Shown: positions 19,347-20,020 of the stretch, piece after piece
Layout of the letters: each line of letters starts with the position of its first letter
Position numbering within the stretch: position 1 is the first letter of the stretch
NCBI GenBank assembly: GCA_031367385.1
Contig: JANLPS010000517.1
Location: 1-20,020, forward strand
DNA length: 20,020 nucleotides
Direction: 5' to 3'
DNA from: Archangium sp.
GTDB taxonomy: Bacteria; Myxococcota; Myxococcia; Myxococcales; Myxococcaceae
The notes under the pieces: model-generated
Database searches by the model: none
The model's input: only the letters and a program-made list of their open reading frames with translations
Told to the model about the DNA's origin: nothing
Made by a program: the position numbers and the translations under genes

Positions 19347-19372
19347 GCAGAAGCGCGTATAACCCGGCGCGA

Positions 19373-20020
19373 ATGCGCCTCGGTGTGGTCCTCCTTCTCG
19401 TGGCGTGCACCCAGGTCGTGAGGCCCGAGGTGCGCGAGGCCCCGGTCGAAGCCGGAGTACCCGTCACCTTCACCGACTCCGCCCCCCTCACGTGGGACTT
19501 TGGCGATGCCACGCCTCGGGTCACCGGCGCGAGCGTGTCGCATGCCTTCGGGCACGTCGGCCGCTTCGTGGTGCAGGCCTATGACGGGCAGACCCTCGTT
19601 CGCCGCATGACGACCGTGGTCGAGCCTCGCCCCGCCTTTCACTCGGTGCCGGCCACCGCGACCAGCCTGGTGATCGCGCGAAACGCAGATGATCTCGCCC
19701 CCGCCGTCGACCTGGGTGAGCGCGTCGTCGGAGCGGGCACGATGCAGCGCTGGCTCGACGAGCTCCCCTTGCTGGCCTTCGTGCTCGATCAAGGCAGCGG
19801 CCGCAGCTCGCTCGTCGAGGCCAGGGGTGGGTTGGGCGTCTTCTCGCTGCCGACGCCAGACGTCTCGGTCTCATTCATCGCGGTCTCCGACACCGCGCGA
19901 GCGCTCAAGCTCTTCGCCCCTTGGCTCATCGACCATGGGTGGGAAGGCGGGCCAGAGGTCTTCACACACGACGGTCGACAGCTCGAGGTCTTCGTCGATC
20001 GCGGCGTGCTCTATGCGGCG
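19373..20020 (+). CDS. PKD-domain lipoprotein (partial, runs off the window end)
   Basis: Translated by hand: MRLGVVLLLVAC lipobox and LTWDFGD...SHAF...GRFVV PKD motif. The frame stays open to 20020. TATAAC lies 9 nt before the ATG. Confidence 0.8.
   Translation, partial: MRLGVVLLLVACTQVVRPEVREAPVEAGVPVTFTDSAPLTWDFGDATPRVTGASVSHAFGHVGRFVVQAYDGQTLVRRMTTVVEPRPAFHSVPATATSLVIARNADDLAPAVDLGERVVGAGTMQRWLDELPLLAFVLDQGSGRSSLVEARGGLGVFSLPTPDVSVSFIAVSDTARALKLFAPWLIDHGWEGGPEVFTHDGRQLEVFVDRGVLYAA

Overview
GC-rich bacterial chromosomal window, most likely from a myxobacterium (MYXO-CTERM-type sorting signals and an MXAN_2561/2562-like gene pair). In order, it contains: the end of a CxxCH protein / lipoprotein / Tat-exported DUF1501-like operon; a DUF4240 gene; a non-coding array of about four 73-74 bp units with palindromic CCATTTCGAAATGG cores, directly upstream of an orphan helical protein with a basic tail; two more hypothetical genes; a minus-strand acyl-CoA catabolic operon (two SDRs, ACAD10/11-like dehydrogenase, APH-type kinase, CaiB/BaiF enzyme) resembling lva / 4-hydroxyacid pathways; a cold-shock gene with its terminator; a membrane protein; a matrixin metalloprotease with an internal MYXO-CTERM and a second fused domain; a response regulator plus GAF-PAS histidine kinase; thiC with no visible TPP riboswitch; an FN3/MYXO-CTERM protein plus outer-membrane beta-barrel; and a partial PKD lipoprotein. 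The best candidate for a new system is the repeat array plus orphan gene at about 3055-4177. All family assignments come from motif recognition by eye; no database searches were run.
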